This document shows, one piece after another, positions 19,212 to 28,667 of a stretch of DNA of 64,000 bases. The stretch spans positions 1 to 64,000 of the forward strand of contig JAHQWK010000026.1 of assembly GCA_029856145.1 (NCBI GenBank). Reading direction: 5' to 3'. Below the pieces are notes generated by a model. It ran no database searches and was not told the DNA's origin. It saw only the letters and a program-made list of their open reading frames with translations. Numbering within the stretch: the stretch's first letter is position 1; every line of letters starts with the position of its first letter. This DNA is from Promethearchaeia archaeon (GTDB lineage: Archaea; Asgardarchaeota; Lokiarchaeia; Sigyniarchaeales; SOKP01). Both the position numbers and the translations under genes were made by a program.

Positions 19212-21194
19212 ATGGCAACATCTGAAGATTCTGAAGAACCTAGAATTGGTGTTTTTGTTTGTCATTGTGGTCATAATATAGCTGGAACAGTTGATGTGGC
19301 TGAAGTTGCTGAGTATGCTAAAACTTTACCGAATGTTGTTAAATCTGAACATTATATGTTTATGTGTTCCAAACCAGGAGTTCAAATGGTTAAAGATTCT
19401 ATAAAAGAATTAGGTGTTAATCGAACAGTGGTAGCTTCTTGTTCTAAAAATCAACATGGCAAGACCTTTGCTAGAGCAATTGAAGAAGTGGGATTAAATA
19501 AACACCGTCATCAACAAGTTAACGTAAGAGAATATAATAGTTGGGTTCATAAGAAAGAAAAAGAAAAAGCAACTCAAAAAGCTATGAAATTGGTTGAAGC
19601 AGGGGTAAATCGAGCTAGAAAGTTAGAAGATGTAGAAACAAGAAGAATTCCAACAACAAAAGCGGCATTAGTTATAGGAGCTGGAATTGCTGGACTTCGA
19701 TCGGCTTATGATATGGCAGAATTAGGTATTCCTGTATATCTAGTGGAAAAGGAATCAACTATTGGAGGCCATATGACACGATTAAATAAAACATTCCCTA
19801 CTTTAGAATGCCCACAATGTTCAATATCCCCTCTCACGAATGGAGTAGCTAATCATCCTTTAATAGAACTTTATACTAATGCTCAAATCAAGAATGTTGA
19901 GGGATCGTTAGGAAACTTTGAAATTGAGATTGAAATTAAACCTAGGTATGTTAAGGATAATTGTACTTCTTGTGGCGAATGTGCTACTCATTGTCCAGTC
20001 GAATTACCGAGCGAATGGGATATGGGGATGTCTATGAGGAATGCAATTTATAAAGCATATCCACAAGCAATACCCGCTACTTATGTAAGAGATAAGAAAA
20101 ATTGTATTGAATGTAATACATGTATTAATATTTGTCCTGTTCAAGCTATTGATTTTTCAATGAAACCAGAAACAAAAACTGTGAAAGTTGGATCCATCAT
20201 TGTTGCTGCTGGATATGCTGAATATAATCCATCTGAAATTGAACCCTATCATTATGAACAAGAAGGATATGAAGATGTTATTACTCAGTTAAAATTAGAA
20301 CGAATGATGTCTCCAACATCGCTTACTAATAGTGAAGTTCTACGACCCTCTGATGGAAAAATCCCAAAAAGTGTAGTCATGATCCAATGTGTAGGGAGTA
20401 GAAATGATCAAGTTGGAAATCAATATTGTACTGGTGTATGTTGTAAATTTGCAATAAAAAATGCAAGAATTATTAAAGAAAAGTATCCTGATACTGAGGT
20501 ATCGATATGTTATATAGATATCAGAACACCAGGATTAAATTTTGAAGAATTGTATAAATCTGCTCAGGAGATTGGAGTGAGATTTATACGAGGAAGACCG
20601 TCCGAAATCATAAAAGATCCTATTTCAGGAGAATTATATGTAATTGTTGAAGATACATTAAGTCAGACACCTTTGAAACTAAAAGCAGATATTGTAGTAT
20701 TGAGTGCCGCAATGGTGCCACCTGAGGGTATTGGTCCTTTAGGATCTAAACTTCATGTCTTGCGTTCAAAAGAAGGATTTCTAAAAGAATTTCATATTAA
20801 AATGAATCCAACCTTAAGTAGTAAGGGAGGAGTTTTCTTAGCGGGAACAATTCAAGGCCCAAAGGATATTACAGAAACTGTTGCTCATGCGGGAAATGCT
20901 GCTGCTTTAGCTGCAGCTCCTTTAGTTAAAGGTTATATCGAAAGGGAAATGTTAGTTCCTTCAATTAATTATGATTTATGTGTAAATTGCGGATTATGTA
21001 AAACTGTATGCGCTCCTGCAGCAATAGATATTGATGAAAATGGTGCTCCAGTTGTAAATGAAATTGCGTGTAAATCTTGTGGCATGTGTATGCCAGTGTG
21101 TCCTACAGGAGCTATTCAATTAATTAATTTTAGAGATGATCAACTATTAGATGAAATTATTGCCGTATCTGGCGGAGGTGCTGTTTGCGAATGA
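19212..21194 (+). CDS. hdrA: heterodisulfide reductase subunit A
   Basis: IGVFVCHCGHNI, GAGIAG, KTFPTLECPQC, inserted and C-terminal ferredoxins, IQCVGSR, QGPKDI; ATG at 19212 has a GAGG RBS (alternative TTG at 19164). Confidence 0.96.
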   Translation: MATSEDSEEPRIGVFVCHCGHNIAGTVDVAEVAEYAKTLPNVVKSEHYMFMCSKPGVQMVKDSIKELGVNRTVVASCSKNQHGKTFARAIEEVGLNKHRHQQVNVREYNSWVHKKEKEKATQKAMKLVEAGVNRARKLEDVETRRIPTTKAALVIGAGIAGLRSAYDMAELGIPVYLVEKESTIGGHMTRLNKTFPTLECPQCSISPLTNGVANHPLIELYTNAQIKNVEGSLGNFEIEIEIKPRYVKDNCTSCGECATHCPVELPSEWDMGMSMRNAIYKAYPQAIPATYVRDKKNCIECNTCINICPVQAIDFSMKPETKTVKVGSIIVAAGYAEYNPSEIEPYHYEQEGYEDVITQLKLERMMSPTSLTNSEVLRPSDGKIPKSVVMIQCVGSRNDQVGNQYCTGVCCKFAIKNARIIKEKYPDTEVSICYIDIRTPGLNFEELYKSAQEIGVRFIRGRPSEIIKDPISGELYVIVEDTLSQTPLKLKADIVVLSAAMVPPEGIGPLGSKLHVLRSKEGFLKEFHIKMNPTLSSKGGVFLAGTIQGPKDITETVAHAGNAAALAAAPLVKGYIEREMLVPSINYDLCVNCGLCKTVCAPAAIDIDENGAPVVNEIACKSCGMCMPVCPTGAIQLINFRDDQLLDEIIAVSGGGAVCE

Positions 21195-21643
21195 GTGAAT
21201 GTGAAACCACTGACGAATTGATAAAAGAAAAGATTCAAGATGTTGTTGTTTTTATGTGTAACGAATGTGGTCAAGGATCTGCTAATACTGCTGGTGTTGC
21301 ACGAATAAATTATGATCCCGCAATAAGAATAATCAGAATTCAATGTACAGGTCAAATTGGTCCTATTCAAATTATGGATGCATTAAATAATGGGGCAGAT
21401 GCTGTTGCTTGCGTTGGATGCTGTTTAGGAGCTTGTCATTTTTTTAATGGAAATGTACTTTCAATGCATAGAATTAAACTGATGAAGAAGTTATTTAAAG
21501 AGTTAGGATATAGTGATCAATTTGTAAACCAATATACTTCTCGAGCAGCAGAAGGCGAAACCGCTGTAGGCGATTTTGAAGATATTATAGATAGATTATC
21601 AACTGCAATTAAAGATGAGGGGACGATTAAAGATGGATGTTAA
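21191..21643 (+). CDS. mvhD: MvhD/FlpD [2Fe-2S] subunit
   Basis: FMCNEC, RIQCTGQI, GADAV..GCCLGACHF..GN; ATGA overlap with hdrA. Confidence 0.9.
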   Translation: MSECETTDELIKEKIQDVVVFMCNECGQGSANTAGVARINYDPAIRIIRIQCTGQIGPIQIMDALNNGADAVACVGCCLGACHFFNGNVLSMHRIKLMKKLFKELGYSDQFVNQYTSRAAEGETAVGDFEDIIDRLSTAIKDEGTIKDGC

Positions 21644-22868
21644 AGTGTTTCAATTCAATGGTTGTAATAAATGTTTTAACGAAACATTACTCCTAAAGTT
21701 GGATTCTAATTATAAAGTACGGTTTATAGAAGAACCACAAAAATGGAAAGGAGAAAATACAGAAGTTGCGGTAATCACGGGATATCTATTACCAAATGAT
21801 AAAGAACATCTCGAGAGAATTAAAGTAAACTCAGAACGAGTTATTGCATATGGAGATTGTACAACCATGGGAGGTGTATTTGCATTAGCAAATCAACATG
21901 GTTATGAAATTACTCCTTTAAAAGATTTAATTGATAATCAAATAAATGTTAATGGTTGTTTAGGGGAAATTGAAGAATTAAAAGCGGTGATTGACAGAGA
22001 AGAACCATCAAAACTAAGGCCTCTCTGTGAGGTGTGTGCACGTAGGGCAACTTGTGAATACTTAGATGCTGTACAACGTCAGATTGAATCAGATGATAAC
22101 GAAACGTGTTACAATGATTTAGGATTTCTGTGTAATGGATTTATAGCTAAAGAATGTAAAGAACGATGTATCAATTACAACACACCTTGCAGAGGTTGCC
22201 AACCAATGGTGGAAAGATCTGGTATTAGAATGTTAGGAATGTTCGGCACTCTTATGGGAAATATTGAAGTTGCTACTGAGCACTCTGAAAAGGGTGCAAC
22301 TGATAAACTTGGAGATGAAGAAGATGATGTAACAAGAAGTTTGCCAGATATTCTTGGTAACTTCTTTAGATTCACACTACCTACCTCTGGTTTGCCTAAA
22401 GGAAGAGTAAAATCTTCAGGTACAATATTAGAAGATGTATTTACAGGAAGATTAATTGAAGAATTGCCGTTAATTTCTGGATTATTAGGAGGAAGTAAGT
22501 CAATTTCATTAACTCTAAAAATTATTGAATCCTATGAAGAAGCGAATCAAATTGAAGTAAGCGAGAAAACAAAGAAATATCGTGAAGAATTATTGAAATT
22601 AGAAACAGATCTAAAGAAAGCTTTAGAAAATGAGGATCCAAAACAGTATAAAGAAATAACTAGTAAAATTCGAAAAATTGCTGGTAATATGAATTTATCT
22701 AACATCTTCTTTGGTGGATTTAAATCCCAAATTAATGAAAATGACAATTTTGATGATTACAAAACCCACGTTTTTGAAGTGATTGAAGGAACCTATAAGA
22801 ACGGTTCAGTTGAATATACCATAGATCCTAATGGGATAGTTAAAGAAATTAAGATAAAAGGGGGATAA
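21633..22868 (+). CDS. MvhG/FrhG-like Fe-S subunit with long C-terminal extension
   Basis: GCNKC, YGDCTTMGG, NGC, CEVC, C..C..C..C..PCRGC; about 190-aa tail not typical of MvhG. Confidence 0.78.
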   Translation: MDVKVFQFNGCNKCFNETLLLKLDSNYKVRFIEEPQKWKGENTEVAVITGYLLPNDKEHLERIKVNSERVIAYGDCTTMGGVFALANQHGYEITPLKDLIDNQINVNGCLGEIEELKAVIDREEPSKLRPLCEVCARRATCEYLDAVQRQIESDDNETCYNDLGFLCNGFIAKECKERCINYNTPCRGCQPMVERSGIRMLGMFGTLMGNIEVATEHSEKGATDKLGDEEDDVTRSLPDILGNFFRFTLPTSGLPKGRVKSSGTILEDVFTGRLIEELPLISGLLGGSKSISLTLKIIESYEEANQIEVSEKTKKYREELLKLETDLKKALENEDPKQYKEITSKIRKIAGNMNLSNIFFGGFKSQINENDNFDDYKTHVFEVIEGTYKNGSVEYTIDPNGIVKEIKIKGG

Positions 22869-22870
22869 AT

Positions 22871-25342
22871 ATGAGTTTTGAACTATTGAAAAAAGAAATT
22901 ATTGATGTTGGATTATGCCAAGGTTGTGGATTATGTGTCGGCTTCTGTAAGCATATTGAGATGGAAATATTACGGCCTACATTAAAGGATTATTGTATAC
23001 TTGAAAGAAATGGACAAGATTGCGGTAAATGTTATCAAAGTTGTCCTCAAGTTATCCAGAAAAAGTTTAAACAAAAACTACCTATAGCAATTTATTCTTT
23101 AAGAAGTAAAAATCCTGAAATTTTGGCAAAAGCTGCTAATGGTGGTGTAGTTACAACCCTAGCTAAAAATCTATTAGATAGTCAAACACTTGCTGAAATA
23201 ATTATGGTCCAAGATATAGATGAAAAACCTCAAGCAGATATTGTAACTGATCCTGATGAAGTTGTAAAAAAGGCTGGAGTAGTATACGGACGTTCAGGAG
23301 TTTTAGAAAAATTAGTAGAAGTTGTTGGAGAGACTTTCGAACCCGTAGGAATTGTTGGCGTTCCTTGTGAGATGAGAGGTGCTGCTGAATTGGAGGAAGA
23401 AATGAATAGAGAAATCTTAAAAATTGGTTTATTTTGTAATTCTCACATGCGAACAGAACAAACTGACAAAGGAATAGTATGTTCTCCTTGCTGTAGTGGT
23501 TGTCCATCAGGGGTAAATGCACAAGGATATATTTCCTTAATTAGACAAGGTCAATATCAAGACGCTGTTGAGTTAATCCGTGAAAGTAACCCACTCCCTT
23601 CCATATGTGGAAGAATTTGTACTAATGAATGTGAACATAGTTGTACTTTAATTGGAGATGACCATCCAGTAGCAATCCGAGAACTTAAGAAATTTGTTAC
23701 TGAATGGGAGATAAAACAAGATAAAAAGAATAGTATGAAAGGTAAAAGAAATATTAAAAAAGGTGCTAAAAAGGTGGCAATTATTGGTTCTGGACCAGCA
23801 GGGTTAACTGCGGGATATTTTTTAAGAAGAATGGGTTATGCACCAACTATTTTTGAAAAATCAGATCAAACAGGAGGAATGTTAAGATTCGGTGTACCGC
23901 AATTTAGATTACCAAATTATGTATTAGATTACGATGTACAAAATATTAAAAATTCAGGGGTCGAAATAATTCTAAATAAGCCATTAGGACCCGAAATGAC
24001 GATTGAAGACTTAAAAAATAATGGATTTGAAGCTATTTTCATAGCTACTGGCCAATACAAACCTCGAACACTTCATTTAGAAGGAGAAGACCTTCCTAAT
24101 GTTCATGTAGCAATTACTTTTTTAATGGATAGAAAATACCGCTATTGGGAAAATAAAGAAGAGTTTAAAGGAAAAACTCTGGGGATAATTGGTGGTGGTC
24201 CTGTAGCAATTGATGTTGCTCAAACTGCCCTTCGATTAGGTGCAGCCAAAGTTCATCTTGTTGATATAATGTCAGAAGAGCAACTTAAACTAGTTTTAAA
24301 GGATATTCCTAAAAATGAAATGGATTATATGAAATATCATTTTACTACATCAACTTCTAGAATTACTCAGAACAATGAAGGGAAACTGGTGTTAAATTGC
24401 TATAAAATTGAATGGGGAACTCCCGATGAAAATGGAAAAAGACCGTTAAATAAGATTGAAGATTCCGATTATGAAATTCAAATTGATTCAATTATAATTG
24501 CTGTTGGTCAAGCTGTTGATTTTGAACAGATTGATATTGCTACTGATAATAAGTTAGAAAAAGAGCGAAATAAGATTAAAATAAATGAAGTTACCTTTGA
24601 AACTAACATTCCTGGAGTATTTGCAGGTGGAGACATAATTAGCAATTCAAAAGCAGTAGCAATTGCGGCAATAGCCCATGGTAAAGAAGCTGCCTTTTCA
24701 ATAGATAGATTCCTAAAAGGAGAGGATTTAAAAACAGGACGATATAAACAAGATAAAATGTTTTTCACAGGACCTAAAAAATCTCCAAAAGATTATTCTC
24801 CTAAACCAGGAAATCTAGAAGAAGCTACTGAAGAAATTCAGTGGAGTTTTGAAGAGATTGATCAAATGTTTAATGAAGATATGGCATTACAAGAAGCTCG
24901 CAGATGTTTAAGTTGTAATCATTTTTGCTCTCATTGTCAAGATTTTCCAGCAATTTATTCAGATTTAACTGCTGGTGAAGTTGGTTCTCAAAAAGGGTAC
25001 ACAACAATTGTAGTCTGGACTGATAGAGGTAAAGAAATTGTAGAGACTGCAATTAGAAACGGTTTATTTGAAGAAGGCGAAGTGAACGAAGTCGAATTAA
25101 ACAAAGCAATTAACCTTAAGTCAAAACGAGAACTTTTGACTTTTGAAAAAACTCCAAGGCAACGAATTTTAGATTATATCACCCTTCAAGGATCAAGTAC
25201 TATAAGTGACCTGACAAAACAATTAGATTTAGAACCAAAAAAGGTCAGATATGAAGCACTTCGACTAGCTCAATTAAAGCAAATTGAAATGAAAGTTGAT
25301 CCTGAAATGGATGAGCCATTATTTACTTTAATATGTGATTAA
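22871..25342 (+). CDS. ferredoxin-FrhB/FdhB-like protein with inserted GltD/SudA-type flavoprotein module and C-terminal wHTH
   Basis: AANGGVVTTL, GVPC, GLFC | PCCSGCP, ICGRIC, GSGPAG, GGGPVA, FAGGD, RRCLSC | CSHCQDF..DLTAGEVGS..GYTTIVVWTDRG | wHTH. Confidence 0.85.
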   Translation: MSFELLKKEIIDVGLCQGCGLCVGFCKHIEMEILRPTLKDYCILERNGQDCGKCYQSCPQVIQKKFKQKLPIAIYSLRSKNPEILAKAANGGVVTTLAKNLLDSQTLAEIIMVQDIDEKPQADIVTDPDEVVKKAGVVYGRSGVLEKLVEVVGETFEPVGIVGVPCEMRGAAELEEEMNREILKIGLFCNSHMRTEQTDKGIVCSPCCSGCPSGVNAQGYISLIRQGQYQDAVELIRESNPLPSICGRICTNECEHSCTLIGDDHPVAIRELKKFVTEWEIKQDKKNSMKGKRNIKKGAKKVAIIGSGPAGLTAGYFLRRMGYAPTIFEKSDQTGGMLRFGVPQFRLPNYVLDYDVQNIKNSGVEIILNKPLGPEMTIEDLKNNGFEAIFIATGQYKPRTLHLEGEDLPNVHVAITFLMDRKYRYWENKEEFKGKTLGIIGGGPVAIDVAQTALRLGAAKVHLVDIMSEEQLKLVLKDIPKNEMDYMKYHFTTSTSRITQNNEGKLVLNCYKIEWGTPDENGKRPLNKIEDSDYEIQIDSIIIAVGQAVDFEQIDIATDNKLEKERNKIKINEVTFETNIPGVFAGGDIISNSKAVAIAAIAHGKEAAFSIDRFLKGEDLKTGRYKQDKMFFTGPKKSPKDYSPKPGNLEEATEEIQWSFEEIDQMFNEDMALQEARRCLSCNHFCSHCQDFPAIYSDLTAGEVGSQKGYTTIVVWTDRGKEIVETAIRNGLFEEGEVNEVELNKAINLKSKRELLTFEKTPRQRILDYITLQGSSTISDLTKQLDLEPKKVRYEALRLAQLKQIEMKVDPEMDEPLFTLICD

Positions 25343-25376
25343 AACTAAAACTAATAAATATTAAGAGGTAAAGAAT

Positions 25377-25613
25377 ATGAAATTTGATATGGAATTAAAT
25401 GTCTGCGGGTCAGTATGCCCTGTTCCTGCTTTAAAAACTAAAAAACAACTTATGAAAATGAGGCCTGGAACTGTTTTAAAAGTAATAACAGATTACAAAC
25501 CTGCTAGTGAATCTGTTCCACGTGATTTAGCAAAAACAAAGCATAAACATTTAGGAACAGACTTCATAGAAGACGATGAGCAATGGAATATGTATTTTGA
25601 AGCAGTAAAGTAA
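25377..25613 (+). CDS. tusA: second TusA/SirA sulfur carrier
   Basis: LNVCGSVCPVP (CPxP), TDYKPASESVP. Confidence 0.9.
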   Translation: MKFDMELNVCGSVCPVPALKTKKQLMKMRPGTVLKVITDYKPASESVPRDLAKTKHKHLGTDFIEDDEQWNMYFEAVK

Positions 25614-25624
25614 ATATATTATTA

Positions 25625-25645
25625 ATTTTTTTCTTTCTTTTTTCT
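25625..25645 (+). terminator. oligo-T terminator closing the tusA-hdr cluster
   Basis: T-rich tract directly after the stop codon of the second tusA. Confidence 0.55.
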
Positions 25646-25697
25646 ATAAATAATTAATTGAGCAATTTTTTATAGTTTAATTTACTTTGTAATAAGC

Positions 25698-26225
25698 ATG
25701 AGAGACTATAATTATTATAATAATAATTATATAAGATATAAATTGGATGTCGAAAAGTATAATAAAAGAGCACAAACAGGCCCTTGTTTTATATGTGAAA
25801 TTCTAAAGAGCAATCCAAACTATCCCGCTCATATAGTCTATCAAGATGAGGAAATTATTTCATTTCTTGATGCTTATCCTCGATTATATGGTTGGACAAT
25901 AGTAGCACCAAAAAAGCATAAAGAAAGCGTAATTCTTGATTTTACTCAAGAAGAGTATCTCTCGATTCAATACAAAATTTATAATATTACGAAAGCGATT
26001 ATAGAATTATTAAAACCTGAGAGAGTTTATATTTTATCTCTTGGAAGTCATCAAGGTAATTCACACGTTCATTGGCATATTGCCCCTTTACCTTCAGGCA
26101 TGCCCTATAATGATCAACAAAATGGAGTATTCAAATTAGACATTTTGAAGATACCTGAAGAGGAACAAATGAAATTAACTTCAAAATTAAACAATAGTAT
26201 TCAGATATTGAATAAACATAGATAA
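25698..26225 (+). CDS. HIT family hydrolase
   Basis: CFIC, FLDAYP, HVHWH histidine triad. Confidence 0.9.
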   Translation: MRDYNYYNNNYIRYKLDVEKYNKRAQTGPCFICEILKSNPNYPAHIVYQDEEIISFLDAYPRLYGWTIVAPKKHKESVILDFTQEEYLSIQYKIYNITKAIIELLKPERVYILSLGSHQGNSHVHWHIAPLPSGMPYNDQQNGVFKLDILKIPEEEQMKLTSKLNNSIQILNKHR

Positions 26226-26251
26226 TAAAAAAAAGGGTGTAAAAATTTTAA

Positions 26252-28447
26252 TTACTTCTTGGATACTTGCTTCTTCTTGATTATTACTAAAGATACTAGA
26301 CTTATACAGACAAAGATTGAAATAACCACTATAACAGTATCATACCCAGGAATTCCACCACTGACAGCGGGATGAATCTTATTCCACATAAATGCCACTT
26401 CATTTATCCAGAGCTCAACACTGTCAATGTAAGTCGAATCATCATCATCGGTTGAAAATTCAGCAAGTAAATAGCCATTGAAAAGTGTTTTCCCATCATT
26501 TCTTAAAACAATAATAGCATTATCTGCTGTTTCTGATGCGGTGTACCCTGCTAAAGCAGTAGCATTTGGATATACAGTTAATCTATCACCATCATCAGAC
26601 CAACTATTATCAGAGGTAAATTGAGAACCCGTAAAATCTATTGGATTTGTAAAAATGTCATGAGAATCATCCCAAATATACACAGGTTCTCCACTAGTGA
26701 TATCTCCAGCAGAAGCGACACCAAATTGTAACCAGAGATCATTTCCTGAATACATATCCACCGTATAAGTAGACATAATGCAATATCCCCCAGATTCAAT
26801 ATACTCTGCTAATTCACTATAATATGCATTTATATTAGAAGAAGGTTCATCAACAATTACTAGATTCCAATCTTTTAGATTCAATGATAAATTGAAATAA
26901 TCATCATCTTGAGTGAGATAAAATGGAATTTCAAGTTCATTCAAAGCAGTTGCTACGGAAGCTGAATAATAATTAGGGGCACTACTGTCACTTGTGTATA
27001 AAAGAACTTCCGCGTTCCATGAGACTAACCAATTAGCAACATTAATAGCATATTGAGAGTTGCTTAAACTACCGATGTCTGCATCTCTAAATGGACCTAC
27101 GTCTCCCATTAAAAGAACTCGACCATTTCCATATTCTTGTCCAGCGACATATATTTCTGATGCATCGTAACCCCAGATTGGATATGCATCTCCAGAATAA
27201 ACAATTGTTCCAGGAGAAATAGCAGTTATCGCACTACAATCCTCTGTAGTAGGATGTTCCACAAAATAAGTAGCACCATTAGTGCCAGTTACAGTTAATT
27301 CTAAATCGAAGTTACTATAAAGATAATTAACATTACTATTCTCATCACCAAAACCTCCATGTTCTCCAATAGCAACAACCCCTCCACCATTTTGTACCCA
27401 TTGAGTTACTGCTGTTACTTCACTAGACGTGAAGTTAATGTATGGTAGACAAATAAATAGCATATCGTAAGGACTTAGATTATTTGTAGTGAGGTTACCC
27501 ATAACTGAAGGATATAATTTATCGAGGGTATAACCTCTACTGACGAGAGTATTCCTCCAAGTATCATAATGAGCACCAGATACATAATCATCCCAAGGAT
27601 CTATCCCATAATATGGAAGGTGAGATAAGTCAAATAAGATTCTTCCTTTTGGCCTAGGACATAACCATTGAACGGCTTCACTAATCACGGAACTCATATT
27701 TACACCAATAGCATTTCCCAAACCGGGGAGATGTACTACACGCCCTCCCATATCTAGAGGATCTCGTGCGACAGCAGTCGCATAATTATTATTTCCGTCT
27801 CGATTAGCTAATTTTATCGTATCTGCTCCAGCAGAAGTACCAAGTAAAATATCCCAATATAAAAAATCCATCCAAGTACCTGCAGAAGAGAATTTATCTC
27901 CAACATCATAATATTTAGTTATAGGATGCCGAAAAGAAACATTATGACTTGTTCCCGATAGATAGGCAAAATAAGTCCCCCACCCGTGATCTCCTAATGA
28001 TTCAGGAATGAGAATGCCTTCATAGCAAAGATAAGGTAGAGCACTGTCAAAACTTAATAATCCCCCTCCACCTAACCAAAACTCTTTTACATGTTTTGTT
28101 ATATTTTCCCTAGGTAAATTATCGACCATAATAAAGAGATCAAAGTCTGCTGTCATTAATTCATGATTGTATATATCTGTGCATGTTAATTCTGTTACCT
28201 GATGTCCTTCAGATTGTAAAAATCCCATCAATTCGTTATAATCATTTGTGTATGTTCCACCCGCAGAGTATGATGTTTCTGTTGTATTCGGTTCATTATA
28301 TATAGCAATACGAATTGTATTAACTGCAATTTGGGAAGTTTTTAGATTAGTAGTCACTGGTTTCTCCGAAATAGTCTTTGGTACAAATACAAATTGTAGT
28401 ATCAATAGACTAATGAAAATTGTTAAACAAAAATTCATTTTTTTCAT
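26252..28447 (-). CDS. secreted cell-surface protein with GATase-like (DUF4350-type) domains and a Loki-CTERM-type anchor
   Basis: Signal peptide; repeated W/Y..GGG domains; ILFDLSH; C-terminal IPGY plus TM plus KKK. Confidence 0.75.
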   Translation of the reverse strand: MKKMNFCLTIFISLLILQFVFVPKTISEKPVTTNLKTSQIAVNTIRIAIYNEPNTTETSYSAGGTYTNDYNELMGFLQSEGHQVTELTCTDIYNHELMTADFDLFIMVDNLPRENITKHVKEFWLGGGGLLSFDSALPYLCYEGILIPESLGDHGWGTYFAYLSGTSHNVSFRHPITKYYDVGDKFSSAGTWMDFLYWDILLGTSAGADTIKLANRDGNNNYATAVARDPLDMGGRVVHLPGLGNAIGVNMSSVISEAVQWLCPRPKGRILFDLSHLPYYGIDPWDDYVSGAHYDTWRNTLVSRGYTLDKLYPSVMGNLTTNNLSPYDMLFICLPYINFTSSEVTAVTQWVQNGGGVVAIGEHGGFGDENSNVNYLYSNFDLELTVTGTNGATYFVEHPTTEDCSAITAISPGTIVYSGDAYPIWGYDASEIYVAGQEYGNGRVLLMGDVGPFRDADIGSLSNSQYAINVANWLVSWNAEVLLYTSDSSAPNYYSASVATALNELEIPFYLTQDDDYFNLSLNLKDWNLVIVDEPSSNINAYYSELAEYIESGGYCIMSTYTVDMYSGNDLWLQFGVASAGDITSGEPVYIWDDSHDIFTNPIDFTGSQFTSDNSWSDDGDRLTVYPNATALAGYTASETADNAIIVLRNDGKTLFNGYLLAEFSTDDDDSTYIDSVELWINEVAFMWNKIHPAVSGGIPGYDTVIVVISIFVCISLVSLVIIKKKQVSKK

Positions 28448-28667
28448 TGGTTTTCACATTTTTTCTAAAAGTTTTTTATCAGATAAATATGTATGACATA
28501 GAAGATTATTTCTCTATTTAATATTAATGTTATTCGTTACAGATTTGTTAAAAGTTTTTTTACGGATTATTCTTGATTTAGTATGGATTGAATTGGGGGA
28601 AATTTATGATTTAAAGATTATATTTAAAATTAACAAAAAAAATATAGAATATGAACAATTATATTAT

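Noticed and set aside
19212-21643. Selenocysteine recoding in hdrA/mvhD, which are known selenoproteins in some Lokiarchaeia
   Set aside because: The relevant positions are Cys codons. The only TGA is the hdrA stop, in an ordinary ATGA overlap with mvhD, and readthrough would end a few codons later
21633-22868. Complete [NiFe]-hydrogenase
   Set aside because: No large subunit with RxCGxC/DPCxxC motifs and no maturation genes
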